Positions 49,402 to 58,684 of a DNA stretch of 64,000 bases are shown here, one piece after another. The position numbers and the translations under genes are program-made. The stretch is from Gemmatimonas sp. (GTDB taxonomy: Bacteria > Gemmatimonadota > Gemmatimonadetes > Gemmatimonadales > Gemmatimonadaceae): contig OZ257156.1 in NCBI GenBank assembly GCA_965279375.1, positions 3,552,001 to 3,616,000 of the forward strand, read 5' to 3'. Within the stretch, counting starts at the first letter, position 1; each line of letters begins with the position of its first letter. The notes under the pieces were generated by a model. It ran no database searches. It was not told the DNA's origin and worked only from the letters and a program-made list of their open reading frames with translations.

Positions 49402-49916
49402 TGGCGAATCTGAATGACGAGGCGTTCTGGGACGGCCCGTCTGAAGAGCTGGAGCCGATCGCGCCCGGCCGGCGTGTGCGCGGCGACAAGGTGCGCGCCA
49501 AGGCCGAGCGCGTGGAGACACGCGGTCGGGCCCGTGCACTGCAAGCGATCTACGCGGCGGATCTGCGCGATTTCAGCAAATTGGAGCGCATCGCGTCGCA
49601 CGTCTTTGACGATCTCGCCGTGGACGCCGAGGAGCGCAGTTTCGCGACCAAGCTGGTGGCCACGTTTGCGATGCACGGCGCGACGCTCGACGCAGCGCTG
49701 TCTGAGGTGACGGCCAATTGGCGCATGGAGCGGCTCGGCGCGATCGAGCGGAGTGTGCTGCGCTTGGCGGCCGCGGAATTCCATCGCGGCGACGCGCCGG
49801 TGAAGGTCGTCATTCAGGAGGCGGTGTTGCTCGCCGAGCGCTATGGCACCGCGCGGAGTGCGCGCTTCGTGAACGGAGTGCTGGACGCGTACGCACGGCG
49901 ACTCGGTCGCCTGTGA
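49398..49916 (+). CDS. nusB: Transcription antitermination factor NusB
   Basis: RARALQAIY, NWRMERL, RSVLRL, EAVLLAERY and FVNGVLD motifs; follows ribH. Confidence 0.93.
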   Translation: MMANLNDEAFWDGPSEELEPIAPGRRVRGDKVRAKAERVETRGRARALQAIYAADLRDFSKLERIASHVFDDLAVDAEERSFATKLVATFAMHGATLDAALSEVTANWRMERLGAIERSVLRLAAAEFHRGDAPVKVVIQEAVLLAERYGTARSARFVNGVLDAYARRLGRL

Positions 49917-49942
49917 GCGCAGGGGGAATCGCGGCCGGACGC

Positions 49943-51055
49943 ATGCGCATCGCGGTCGTGAACTGGCAGTGCCGCGACAATCCGCAGGCGGGGGGCGCGG
50001 AGATCCATTTGCACGAGATCTTCGGTCGCTTGGTCGCCAAGGGACACGAGGTCGTCTTGCTCTGTGGTGGCTGGCCCGGTGCGCCGGCGCGGGCCACCCT
50101 GGATGGCATCGAGGTCCACCGCGTGGGTACGCGGGCGACCTTCCCCTTTCTGGCCCGTCGCTACTGGCACCAGCATCTGGTGGATCGGCACTTCGACGTG
50201 GTCGTCGAAGACATCAACAAGGTGCCGTTGTATCTGCCCACCTGGCGATTGCCGAAGCTCGTCGTGCTCGTCCCGCACCTCTTCGGGGGGACGGCCTTTC
50301 AGGAACTGGTTGCCCCGCTTGCCTCAGCGGTGTGGCTCTCGGAGCGGCCGATGCCGTACTTCTATCGGCACCACGCCTTTCAGGCCATCAGCGACAGCAC
50401 CCGTGACGACCTCGTCGCTCGCGGCGTCAATCGAGACCGGATTCGCGTGATCTTCCCGGGCATCGATTCGGCACACTACACGCCGGACCCGACCGCCAGA
50501 TCTTCCCGTCCGACATTTGCATATATCGGGCGCTTGAAGAAGTATAAGGGAGTCGATTTGGTGATCCGGGCGTTTGCGCAGTGCGATGTGCCCGAGGCGA
50601 CCTTACAGGTGGCGGGGGCTGGCGAATTTCGGCCGGAACTCGAACGCCTCGCGGGGACCTTGGGGGTGTCGGACCGGGTAGAGTTTCTGGGGCGAGTCGA
50701 TGAAGCCGCGAAGATCGCCATGCTTCGACGAGCATGGGCATTTCTCTTCGCTTCACCCAAAGAGGGATGGGGGATCACGAATCTCGAAGCGGCGGCGAGC
50801 GGCACCCCGGTGATTGCGTCGAATTCCCCCGGGATCCGCGAATCTGTTCGGCATGGCGAGACGGGTTTCCTCGTGCCCCACGGTGATGTCGCTGCGATGG
50901 CAGAAACGATGCGGTACCTCAGCGGCGAGCGTGCGCTCGTCGAACGCCTGGGGACCGCCGCGCGGCACTTCGCCGAAGGATTCACGTGGGCGCGTGCCGC
51001 CGATGAGACCGAGGCCCACCTCCGTGAGGTGGTGGGAATGGGAGGAGGTCGCTGA
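49943..51055 (+). CDS. Glycosyltransferase family 4 protein
   Basis: GGAE, GRLKKYKG and EGWGITNLEAAASGTPVI (EX7E) motifs. Confidence 0.9.
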   Translation: MRIAVVNWQCRDNPQAGGAEIHLHEIFGRLVAKGHEVVLLCGGWPGAPARATLDGIEVHRVGTRATFPFLARRYWHQHLVDRHFDVVVEDINKVPLYLPTWRLPKLVVLVPHLFGGTAFQELVAPLASAVWLSERPMPYFYRHHAFQAISDSTRDDLVARGVNRDRIRVIFPGIDSAHYTPDPTARSSRPTFAYIGRLKKYKGVDLVIRAFAQCDVPEATLQVAGAGEFRPELERLAGTLGVSDRVEFLGRVDEAAKIAMLRRAWAFLFASPKEGWGITNLEAAASGTPVIASNSPGIRESVRHGETGFLVPHGDVAAMAETMRYLSGERALVERLGTAARHFAEGFTWARAADETEAHLREVVGMGGGR

Positions 51056-51363
51056 TGGAGATCATCCTGCACGCGCACCACGCCGAAGTCCCCGATTCAC
51101 TTCGGACGGAAGCCGAGGCTGCGGTTCGCCGCATTGCCGCCCGCCTGCATCGCGTTGTCGATGCCATCGTCCGATTCGTTGGGGACGGACAAACCCGTCG
51201 TGTCGAAATCGTGCTGCGCGGCGCGCAGCACCGCGATCTGTTCGCTCACGCGGATGCGCGTGCATTTGCTCCCGCGCTCGCTGTCGCCGTTCATCGACTG
51301 AACGCCCAGGTCGCGCGCACACGTCGCTCGCGCCGACCCGCCGGCGGAGAGCGCACCGGGTGA
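51055..51363 (+). CDS. hpf: HPF/RaiA family ribosome-associated protein (short, divergent)
   Basis: MEIILHAHH..VPDSLR..., beta strands and a C-terminal basic helix; directly upstream of hprK. Confidence 0.65.
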   Translation: MEIILHAHHAEVPDSLRTEAEAAVRRIAARLHRVVDAIVRFVGDGQTRRVEIVLRGAQHRDLFAHADARAFAPALAVAVHRLNAQVARTRRSRRPAGGERTG

Positions 51364-52334
51364 GCAAGCGGCTCACCGTAGGCATGCTGCACGAGCGGAT
51401 GAAGGACCCGCTCGAACTCGAGTTACTCGGACCGGCCACCGGTCTAGACCGCGAGATCACGAGCCCCGAGGCATCCAGCCCGGGGCTCGTCCTCGCCGGT
51501 TACATCAATCGGTTTCCCTACCAGCGCATCCAGGTCCTCGGCGAAACCGAGATCAGCTACCTGCAGTCGGTCACCGACACGCAGCGCCGCGACAATCTCG
51601 AGCAGTTCTTCGGATTCCCCATTCCGTGTGCCTTCATCACGAAGGCGCTCGAGCCACCGGAACCGCTGCTCGCACTCGCTGAAGCCGCTGGCGTCCCTGT
51701 TCTCCGCTCGCGACTCAAGACGGCGGAGTTCTATCGGCTCATGAAGCCGTATCTCGCCGACCAGTTCGCGCCCACCACCACGCTGCATGGCTCCCTCGCT
51801 GACGTATACGGCGTCGGGGTGTTCTTCACCGGCAAGAGCGGCATCGGCAAGTCGGAATGCGTGCTCGATCTCGTCGAACGGGGCCATCGTTTGGTGGCCG
51901 ATGATCTCGTCTTCGCGTCGCGCCGCGGCAACGATGTCCTGATCGGCAAGGGACACGAGCTGCAGCGCCATTTCATGGAGATACGCGGCGTCGGCCTGCT
52001 CGACATCCCGGCCATCTTCGGTATCCACGCGGTGCGTCAGCAGAAACGCATCGAGGTGGTGGTGGTGCTGGAAGAGTGGGACGGCGAGGCCCACGTGGAG
52101 CGCACCGGACTCGATGTGCAGACGACCAACATTCTCGGCGTCGAGATCCCGCGGATCACCGTGAATCTGAATCCCGGCAAGAACATCACGGTGATCGCTG
52201 AAGTCATCGCCATGAATCATCTTCTGCGCTACTATCGAGGGTACGATAGCGCGACGGCGTTCAACGAACGGCTCATCGGCCAGATGCGTCGGAACGCCGA
52301 CGTGGAGAGTTACCTGCAGGAGGATGACGAGTAG
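51360..52334 (+). CDS. hprK: HPr(Ser) kinase/phosphorylase
   Basis: PGLVLAG, GKSGIGKSE, GHRLVADD, MEIRGVG and PGKN motifs. Confidence 0.95.
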   Translation: MSKRLTVGMLHERMKDPLELELLGPATGLDREITSPEASSPGLVLAGYINRFPYQRIQVLGETEISYLQSVTDTQRRDNLEQFFGFPIPCAFITKALEPPEPLLALAEAAGVPVLRSRLKTAEFYRLMKPYLADQFAPTTTLHGSLADVYGVGVFFTGKSGIGKSECVLDLVERGHRLVADDLVFASRRGNDVLIGKGHELQRHFMEIRGVGLLDIPAIFGIHAVRQQKRIEVVVVLEEWDGEAHVERTGLDVQTTNILGVEIPRITVNLNPGKNITVIAEVIAMNHLLRYYRGYDSATAFNERLIGQMRRNADVESYLQEDDE

Positions 52335-52732
52335 TGAACAGCGTTGGCGCAACATCGACGGTCCGCGCGATCGTGGCTGGGCACGGGTCGTTTGCTTCCG
52401 GCGTGATCTCGGCGGTCGAACAGATCACGGGGCGCGGTGACGTCTTCATCGCGATCTCCAATGCCGGCCTCTGTCTCGACGACATTCAGCAAACGTTGGC
52501 GAACGCGCTTGACGAGACGGGTGCGCGCGTGATCTTCACCGATCTGCCCGCCGGCAGCTGCACCATGGCGGTGCGCCGACTCGTGCGCGCGCGTCCGGGG
52601 GTCGTGCTGATTACCGGCATCAACCTCTCCCTCCTGCTCGACTTCGCCATGCAAGACGACATCGATCCCGTCCTGGCAGCGCACGCAGCGCTGGAGCGTG
52701 GTCGCGCGTCGATGGTGGCGCACGGAGCCTGA
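52334..52732 (+). CDS. PTS mannose-family EIIA component
   Basis: IVAGHG, FTDLPAGS and TGINL motifs. Confidence 0.88.
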   Translation: MNSVGATSTVRAIVAGHGSFASGVISAVEQITGRGDVFIAISNAGLCLDDIQQTLANALDETGARVIFTDLPAGSCTMAVRRLVRARPGVVLITGINLSLLLDFAMQDDIDPVLAAHAALERGRASMVAHGA

Positions 52733-52736
52733 CCCG

Positions 52737-53231
52737 ATGCCGATTGCGCTCTATCGCATCGACGACCGGCTGATCCACGGGCAGGTGGTTGTCGGCTGGG
52801 GACAGCCGCTCAATTTGCGTTTCATCGTGCTCGTCGACGACGAGGTCGCGGAAAGCGAATGGGAGCAGGAGCTCTATCGCATGGGCGTGCCGCCGGACAT
52901 GTCGGTGTACTTCCACAGCGTGACCGCCGCCGCCGAGCTTCTCGCGACGTATCAGGCCGATGCCCGCCCTGGAATCGTGCTCACGGGTGACATCGGTACG
53001 ATGACGCGACTGGTCGACGCCGCCGGTGGCAGCATTCATGCGGTCAACGTGGGCGGTGTGCACCACTCGCCCGGCCGTGCCCCGCGCCTGCGCTACGTGT
53101 TCCTCACGGCTGCGGAAGAGCAGGGGCTCCGCGCGATCGCACAACGCGGCGTAGACGTGTCTGCGCAGGATGTCCCGGGCGCCCGACCCGTGCCGCTCGA
53201 CGAGCTGCTCGGCGCCACCCTCGACGCGTGA
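52737..53231 (+). CDS. PTS mannose/sorbose-family EIIB component
   Basis: RIDDRLIHGQVVVGW and VNVGG motifs. Confidence 0.93.
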   Translation: MPIALYRIDDRLIHGQVVVGWGQPLNLRFIVLVDDEVAESEWEQELYRMGVPPDMSVYFHSVTAAAELLATYQADARPGIVLTGDIGTMTRLVDAAGGSIHAVNVGGVHHSPGRAPRLRYVFLTAAEEQGLRAIAQRGVDVSAQDVPGARPVPLDELLGATLDA

Positions 53232-53279
53232 GCGAACCGGGGATGTCATTCGCGCAGCGCCGCGTACGGCGCGGCCACC

Positions 53280-53990
53280 ATGCCTGAGCTGTCGGGGCTC
53301 ATCGAGCTGCTGCCGCTGGCCATGTTGGCCGGGCTGTTCGGACTCGATGTGGTGAGCTTCCCGCAGGCCATGATCTCGCGGCCGATCGTCGCCGCGACGA
53401 TCGGAGGGGCGTTCTTCGGGGCACCGGTCGCCGGACTGGTCTGCGGCGTCGCGCTCGAATGTCTGGCGCTGGAGTCGCTACCCGTCGGCGCGTCCCGGTA
53501 TCCGGAATGGGGGAGCGCATCCATCGTCGCTGGTGCGCTCGCCGCGCGCGGCGCCACCGGGTCCTCGATGCCGCTCGCTGGAGCGCTCGCGGTCGCCGTC
53601 GCGATCGGTATCGCGACCGCATGGCTCGGCGGCTGGACGATGGTGCGTCATCGCCAGCTCATTGCCTCGTTCGCGCGGCCGCGGCTCGATCAGCTGGCGG
53701 CGGGCAATCGCAACACGGTCGTGGGACTGCAGGTGTTCGGCATGACGGCTGACTTGGCGCGCGGTGCTTTGCTGGGCGTGCTCGTCTACGTCCCGTCGCG
53801 TCTGGTGGTCGACTACTGCAGCACGCACTGGAACAGCAGCGACGAGACCACGCGAGCAGTGGTCGTCACCTGTGGCGCCGCGGTGGCCGCCACAGCCGTC
53901 TGGAAGGACTTCCACGCGATCAGCCTGACCCGTCGCCTGTTTCTCGCCTCGCTGGCCGTCGGGTCGCTGCTGGTGGTGCTCCGTGGCTGA
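53280..53990 (+). CDS. PTS mannose-family EIIC component
   Basis: LD....QAMISRPIV, G..LE and PVGA..P motifs; multiple TMs. Confidence 0.88.
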   Translation: MPELSGLIELLPLAMLAGLFGLDVVSFPQAMISRPIVAATIGGAFFGAPVAGLVCGVALECLALESLPVGASRYPEWGSASIVAGALAARGATGSSMPLAGALAVAVAIGIATAWLGGWTMVRHRQLIASFARPRLDQLAAGNRNTVVGLQVFGMTADLARGALLGVLVYVPSRLVVDYCSTHWNSSDETTRAVVVTCGAAVAATAVWKDFHAISLTRRLFLASLAVGSLLVVLRG

Positions 53991-54834
53991 GCTGACGCTC
54001 ACGCCGGCCGGTCCGGACGGGGCCGCCCCTGGGCCGGCGTCGAGTGGCTTGGGTGCGTCCTCCGGGCTGTCCTCAGGGCCCGAACTGGACACACGGACTC
54101 GCGTCGCGATGTTCCTCCGCTGCCTCGCGGTCCAGGGGTCGTGGAACTACGAGATCCTCATCGGCAACGGCATCGGCTTCTGCGTCGAACCAGCGCTGCG
54201 CCGGCTGGAGGGTGGCCCCGACGGCGTCGCCTATCGACAGGCACTGGCGAGGCAATGCGCCTATTTCAACGCGCATCCATATCTGGCGGGGCTGGCCGTG
54301 GGTGCACTGGCTCGGGCCGAGGTGGATCAGGTCGCGGCCGCCCGCATCGAGCGGTTCCGGACGGCCCTCTGCGGCCCGCTCGGCAGCGTGGGCGACCGGC
54401 TGGTGTGGGCGTCGTGGCTTCCGGCCTGCTCCCTGCTGGGGCTGCTGTTCTTTGGCGCAGGACTGCCCGCAGTCGGGGTCGTGCTCGGTTTTCTGGTCGT
54501 GTACAACCTGGGGCATCTGGCGCTGCGCGATTGGGCGCTGAGAGCCGGCTGGCGTCATGGGATGCGCGTGGCCACGGCGCTTGGGCACCCCGTATTGCAG
54601 CACGGTCCCCACTACATTGGACGAGCGGCCGCAGTGCTGGGTGGTCTCGCCCTTCCGTTGGCGGCGCACCGTGTGCTCGGGGGCGGCAACCCGTTCGCCG
54701 CTGCGCCGATGGCGGTCACAATCTTCACGCCGTTGCTGGCAGTCCTCCTCGTGCGGTTGCACGGTCGCGCCGAGGGGTGGCGCGTGGTGCTGATCGTTCT
54801 GGCGGTGTTTGTCTTCTACTCGGTGGTCCGTTGA
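53983..54834 (+). CDS. PTS mannose-family EIID component
   Basis: QGSWNYE, FNAHPY and GPLGSVGDRLVW motifs. Confidence 0.9.
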   Translation: MAELTLTPAGPDGAAPGPASSGLGASSGLSSGPELDTRTRVAMFLRCLAVQGSWNYEILIGNGIGFCVEPALRRLEGGPDGVAYRQALARQCAYFNAHPYLAGLAVGALARAEVDQVAAARIERFRTALCGPLGSVGDRLVWASWLPACSLLGLLFFGAGLPAVGVVLGFLVVYNLGHLALRDWALRAGWRHGMRVATALGHPVLQHGPHYIGRAAAVLGGLALPLAAHRVLGGGNPFAAAPMAVTIFTPLLAVLLVRLHGRAEGWRVVLIVLAVFVFYSVVR

Positions 54835-55100
54835 TGGCTGAGCGATCCGTTCAAATCGTAAACAAGCACGGCTTGCATGCGCGCCCCGCGGCCGAGATGG
54901 TCAAGGCGGCGTCCCGCTTCAAGAGTGACATCACGATCTCTCGTGACGATCTCGAAGTGAACGGGAAGAGCATCATGGGCGTGATGATGCTGGCCGCCGA
55001 GTACGGCGCGACCATCACGTTGCGCGCAACCGGCCCCGACGCGGATGACGCGCTCGACGCGCTGGCCACGCTCGTGGCTGCCCGCTTCGGAGAGACGTAG
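54834..55100 (+). CDS. ptsH: Phosphocarrier protein HPr
   Basis: NKHGLHARPAA (His15) and NGKSIMGVMML (Ser46). Confidence 0.95.
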   Translation: MAERSVQIVNKHGLHARPAAEMVKAASRFKSDITISRDDLEVNGKSIMGVMMLAAEYGATITLRATGPDADDALDALATLVAARFGET

Positions 55101-56872
55101 TGCTTTCGGTCCTCCGCGGAATTCCGGCGTCGCCGGGCATTGTTGTCGGTCCGGTGCATCTCCTGCGGTGGGAGGTGCCCGAGGTTCGACAGCGGCTCAT
55201 CGACGACGCGGACATCCCCGCGGAGATCGACCGGCTGCAATCGGCTTTCAGCAAGGCGCGCGATCGCTTGCGGCACCTGCGTTCGCGCGCGGAAGTGCAG
55301 GCAGGCCCCGAAGAAGCGGCCATCTTCGACGTGCAACTCTCCATCCTCGACGACGCCGAACTCTCGACGAGCGTCGAGGCGCTCATTCGGCAGAATCTGG
55401 GCGCGGAAAAGGCGTTCGACCTGATCCTGCTCGAGTGGCGTCAGCACTTCGCACGACACAGCGCGCCAATGCTGCGCGAGCGCGTGGGCGATCTCACGGA
55501 CGTGCATATCCGCGTCCTGTCGATCCTGCTCGATCTGCCCGATCACGATCCGGTGGACGTGCCCCGCGGGGCCAACGCGATCCTGGTCACGCACGACCTG
55601 ACACCGTCGCTCACGCTGCAACTCGATCGCGAGTGCATCGCCGCCATCGCCACGGATGCCGGCACTGCGACGGCGCACGTCGCCATTCTCGCGCGCTCGC
55701 TTGGCCTGCCCGCCGTCGTTGGTCTGCGCAAGGCGACGAGCTATCTCAAGGGCGGCGAACTCGCCATCCTCGACGGCGCGGAGGGGACGCTCACTATCGC
55801 CCCCACCGACGGAGAAGTCGCCGACGCGCGGCAGCGTCTCGCTGATGAAGCCGGCCGCGCTGATCAGCTCCGCGAACTCGCGCTCAGCGATCCGGTCACG
55901 CAGGATGGCGAGCGGGTCACGCTCGTCGCCAACGTGGATATCCCTGAGGAGTCGGAGCTCGCGGCGGATAGCGGCGCCGAAGGCGTGGGCCTCATGCGCA
56001 CCGAGTTCCTCGTCGTCGGGCGCGCCAATATGCCAGACGAAGACGAGCAATTTCGTGCCTACAAGCGCGTGCTGCAGGCGTTCGGCTCGCGCCCCGTCAC
56101 GATCCGCACGTTCGATGTGGGTGGCGACAAACTGCCGTTGGGCGGCTTCCCCAGTGAGGCCAACCCGTTCCTTGGCTGGCGCGCCATCCGCATGTGCCTC
56201 GACGAGAGCGAGCTGTTCAAGGTGCAGCTCCGTGCGCTCATGCGCGCGGCCGTGCACGGGGACCTGCGCATCATGCTGCCGCTCATCGTCACCGTGGACG
56301 AAGTCCGCGAGACGCGTCAACTCATGCAGGAAGCGGTGCAGGAACTCTCCGAGCGGAGCGTGCCGTTCCGCGCCGATGTGCCGCTGGGAGTGATGGTCGA
56401 GACACCGGCCGCTGCGATCGCGGCGGACACGCTCGTCCGCGACGTCGATTTCTTCAGCATCGGCTCCAACGATCTGGTGCAGTACACGCTGGCCGTCGAT
56501 CGCGGCAACGCCAACCTTGCGCCTCGCTTCACGCCGTTGCATCCCGCGGTCCTGCGGCTGATCGCGCAGGTGCAATCCACCGGCGCGGCGCACGGCATCG
56601 AGGTGTGCGTCTGCGGTGAGATGGCCTCGCAGTCGCTCGCCATCTTTGCCATGCTCGGCCTGGGCATCCGGCAGCTCAGCGTGGCTCCGCGTGGCGTTGC
56701 GGAGGTGAAGCGCGTCATACGTGGCGTGCGCATTTCCGCGGCGGTCGATGCGGCCAAGGCGGCGCTCGCGGCAGGAACCGCGCGTGAAGTCGAGACGCTG
56801 TTGCGTCGTCGGCTGCGCGCGGAGTTGGAGTTGCACGAGCCCTCGGGCAGCGGGTTGCCCACCTTGCTATAG
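55100..56872 (+). CDS. ptsI: PTS enzyme I
   Basis: GIPASPG, TAHVAILARSLG, GVGLMRTEF, NPFLGWRAIR, FSIGSNDL.QY and VCGE motifs. Confidence 0.95.
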   Translation: MLSVLRGIPASPGIVVGPVHLLRWEVPEVRQRLIDDADIPAEIDRLQSAFSKARDRLRHLRSRAEVQAGPEEAAIFDVQLSILDDAELSTSVEALIRQNLGAEKAFDLILLEWRQHFARHSAPMLRERVGDLTDVHIRVLSILLDLPDHDPVDVPRGANAILVTHDLTPSLTLQLDRECIAAIATDAGTATAHVAILARSLGLPAVVGLRKATSYLKGGELAILDGAEGTLTIAPTDGEVADARQRLADEAGRADQLRELALSDPVTQDGERVTLVANVDIPEESELAADSGAEGVGLMRTEFLVVGRANMPDEDEQFRAYKRVLQAFGSRPVTIRTFDVGGDKLPLGGFPSEANPFLGWRAIRMCLDESELFKVQLRALMRAAVHGDLRIMLPLIVTVDEVRETRQLMQEAVQELSERSVPFRADVPLGVMVETPAAAIAADTLVRDVDFFSIGSNDLVQYTLAVDRGNANLAPRFTPLHPAVLRLIAQVQSTGAAHGIEVCVCGEMASQSLAIFAMLGLGIRQLSVAPRGVAEVKRVIRGVRISAAVDAAKAALAAGTAREVETLLRRRLRAELELHEPSGSGLPTLL

Positions 56873-56924
56873 CGGACTAGTCTAGTCCGTTACCCTTTCT
56901 TCTCCTCCCAACCAAGAGCGCTGC

Positions 56925-58097
56925 GTGGCCGAACGTCACCTCTTTACCTCGGAGTCCGTGACCGAGGGACATCCGGACAAGATCGCCGACCAGATTTCCG
57001 ACGCCATTCTCGACGCCATCCTCGAGAAGGATGCGGCGGCGCGCGTGGCGTGTGAGACGCTGGTTACCACGGGACTCGTCGTCATCGCCGGCGAAATCAC
57101 CACCTCGGCGTATGTCTCGTTCCCGGATGTGGTCCGGAAGACGATCGAGGGCATCGGCTACACCGACGCGACGTTCGGCTTCGACAACAAGACGTGCGCC
57201 GTCATGAGCACCATCGACGCGCAGTCGCCCGACATCGCTCAGGGCGTCGACACGGGCGGTGCAGGCGATCAGGGAATGATGTTCGGGTACGCGACGGACG
57301 AAACGCCGGAGCTGATGCCGCTCCCGATTCAGCTCGCGCACAAGCTCACGCACCAGCTCTCCGCTCTGCGCAAGGACGGAGCGCTTCCCTGGCTGCGTCC
57401 CGACGGCAAGGCGCAGGTCAGCGTGGTGTACGAGGACTCTCTTCCGATCGCGGTCGATACCGTGGTGGTCTCGACGCAGCACGGCGAGTCCATCGCCAAC
57501 ACCAAGCTGCGCAAGGCGATTCTCGAGGACGTGATTCTCGCCAGCATCCCCGAGGAGTTCCGCGGCAAGAAGCTCAAGACGCACATCAACCCCACGGGCC
57601 GCTTCGTCATCGGCGGACCGCAGGGCGACGCCGGGCTCACGGGTCGCAAGATCATCGTGGACACCTACGGCGGCATGGGGCGTCATGGCGGCGGCGCGTT
57701 CAGCGGCAAGGATCCCAGCAAGGTGGATCGTTCGGCGTGCTACGCAGCCCGCTGGGTCGCGAAGAACATCGTCGCCGCCAAGCTGGCCAAGCGTTGTGAA
57801 GTACAGGTGGCGTACGCCATCGGTGTCGCGGAGCCGGTGTCGGTGTACGTGCAGACGTTCGGCACGGGCAGCGTCCCGGATCGCGTCATTGAAGCCGCTG
57901 TCAACGAGGTGTTCGACCTCACCCCGCGTGGCATCTCGCGCGATCTCGACCTGCGCAAGCCGATCTATCAGGCGACGGCGGCGTACGGGCATTTTGGACG
58001 CACGCCGGAGACGGTCGGCCGCGGCAAGTCTGCCAAGACCTACTTTACGTGGGAGCGGACCGATCGCGTTGCCGCGCTGAAGCGCGCGATTCGCTGA
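56925..58097 (+). CDS. metK: Methionine adenosyltransferase
   Basis: [23 protein letters not shown] and GGGAFSGKD motifs. Confidence 0.97.
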   Translation: MAERHLFTSESVTEGHPDKIADQISDAILDAILEKDAAARVACETLVTTGLVVIAGEITTSAYVSFPDVVRKTIEGIGYTDATFGFDNKTCAVMSTIDAQSPDIAQGVDTGGAGDQGMMFGYATDETPELMPLPIQLAHKLTHQLSALRKDGALPWLRPDGKAQVSVVYEDSLPIAVDTVVVSTQHGESIANTKLRKAILEDVILASIPEEFRGKKLKTHINPTGRFVIGGPQGDAGLTGRKIIVDTYGGMGRHGGGAFSGKDPSKVDRSACYAARWVAKNIVAAKLAKRCEVQVAYAIGVAEPVSVYVQTFGTGSVPDRVIEAAVNEVFDLTPRGISRDLDLRKPIYQATAAYGHFGRTPETVGRGKSAKTYFTWERTDRVAALKRAIR

Positions 58098-58168
58098 GTT
58101 CGTCCGGTGCCCGCGCGTCGCGCGGGCACCGCGGCCGGCTCCTGACGCCTGCGCCGAGGAAGGGAATC

Positions 58169-58684
58169 ATGGTCGAAGTCACCGTCGCGCGGCTCGGGCT
58201 CGACAGCACCTCCAACTCGTACGTCGTCATCCTGCGCGAAAAGCAGGGGCGACGTCTGCTGCCGATCTGGATCGGCCAGCCCGAAGCGGTCTCCATCGTC
58301 ATGCAGATGAATCAGGAAAAGCGCGAGCGCCCGCTCACGCACGATCTCTGCAAGCTGCTCATCGTCGCGCTCGGCGGCACGCTGCGCCGTGTATTGATCA
58401 CGCGCGTGCACCAGAGCACCTACTTCGCCGAAATGCAGCTCGAATCAGCCAAGGGCGTGGTCCACGTCGACGCGCGTCCGTCGGACAGCATTAGTATCGC
58501 GCTACGTCTCGACGCGCCGATCTTCGTGGATGAGTCGTTGCTGACGATGCCGGACGAGGATGACGATGACATCGATGGCGCATCGACCTTCACGCCGCCG
58601 CCCGCGCATGAACTCTCGGCCGAGCAGCTGAAGTCGTACCTGGCCAATCTGCGCCCCGAAGACTTCGGCAAATTCTCGCCATGA
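58169..58684 (+). CDS. Bifunctional nuclease family (DUF151) protein
   Basis: LPIWIG..EA, RPLTHDL and DARPSDSISIAL motifs. Confidence 0.92.
   Translation: MVEVTVARLGLDSTSNSYVVILREKQGRRLLPIWIGQPEAVSIVMQMNQEKRERPLTHDLCKLLIVALGGTLRRVLITRVHQSTYFAEMQLESAKGVVHVDARPSDSISIALRLDAPIFVDESLLTMPDEDDDDIDGASTFTPPPAHELSAEQLKSYLANLRPEDFGKFSP

Noticed and set aside
50480..50900. Locally AT-richer stretch inside the GT4 gene
   Set aside because: Frame and motifs are intact, with no repeats or mobile-element signs. It may hold internal promoters, but I cannot support more.
54851..57992. Long minus-strand ORFs over ptsI and metK
   Set aside because: Antisense shadows of well-conserved genes.
58105..58131. 12-bp perfect hairpin after metK as a terminator (similar hairpins at 5741-5771 and 40713-40744)
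   Set aside because: No U tract; may be a stability hairpin, so not called as a terminator.
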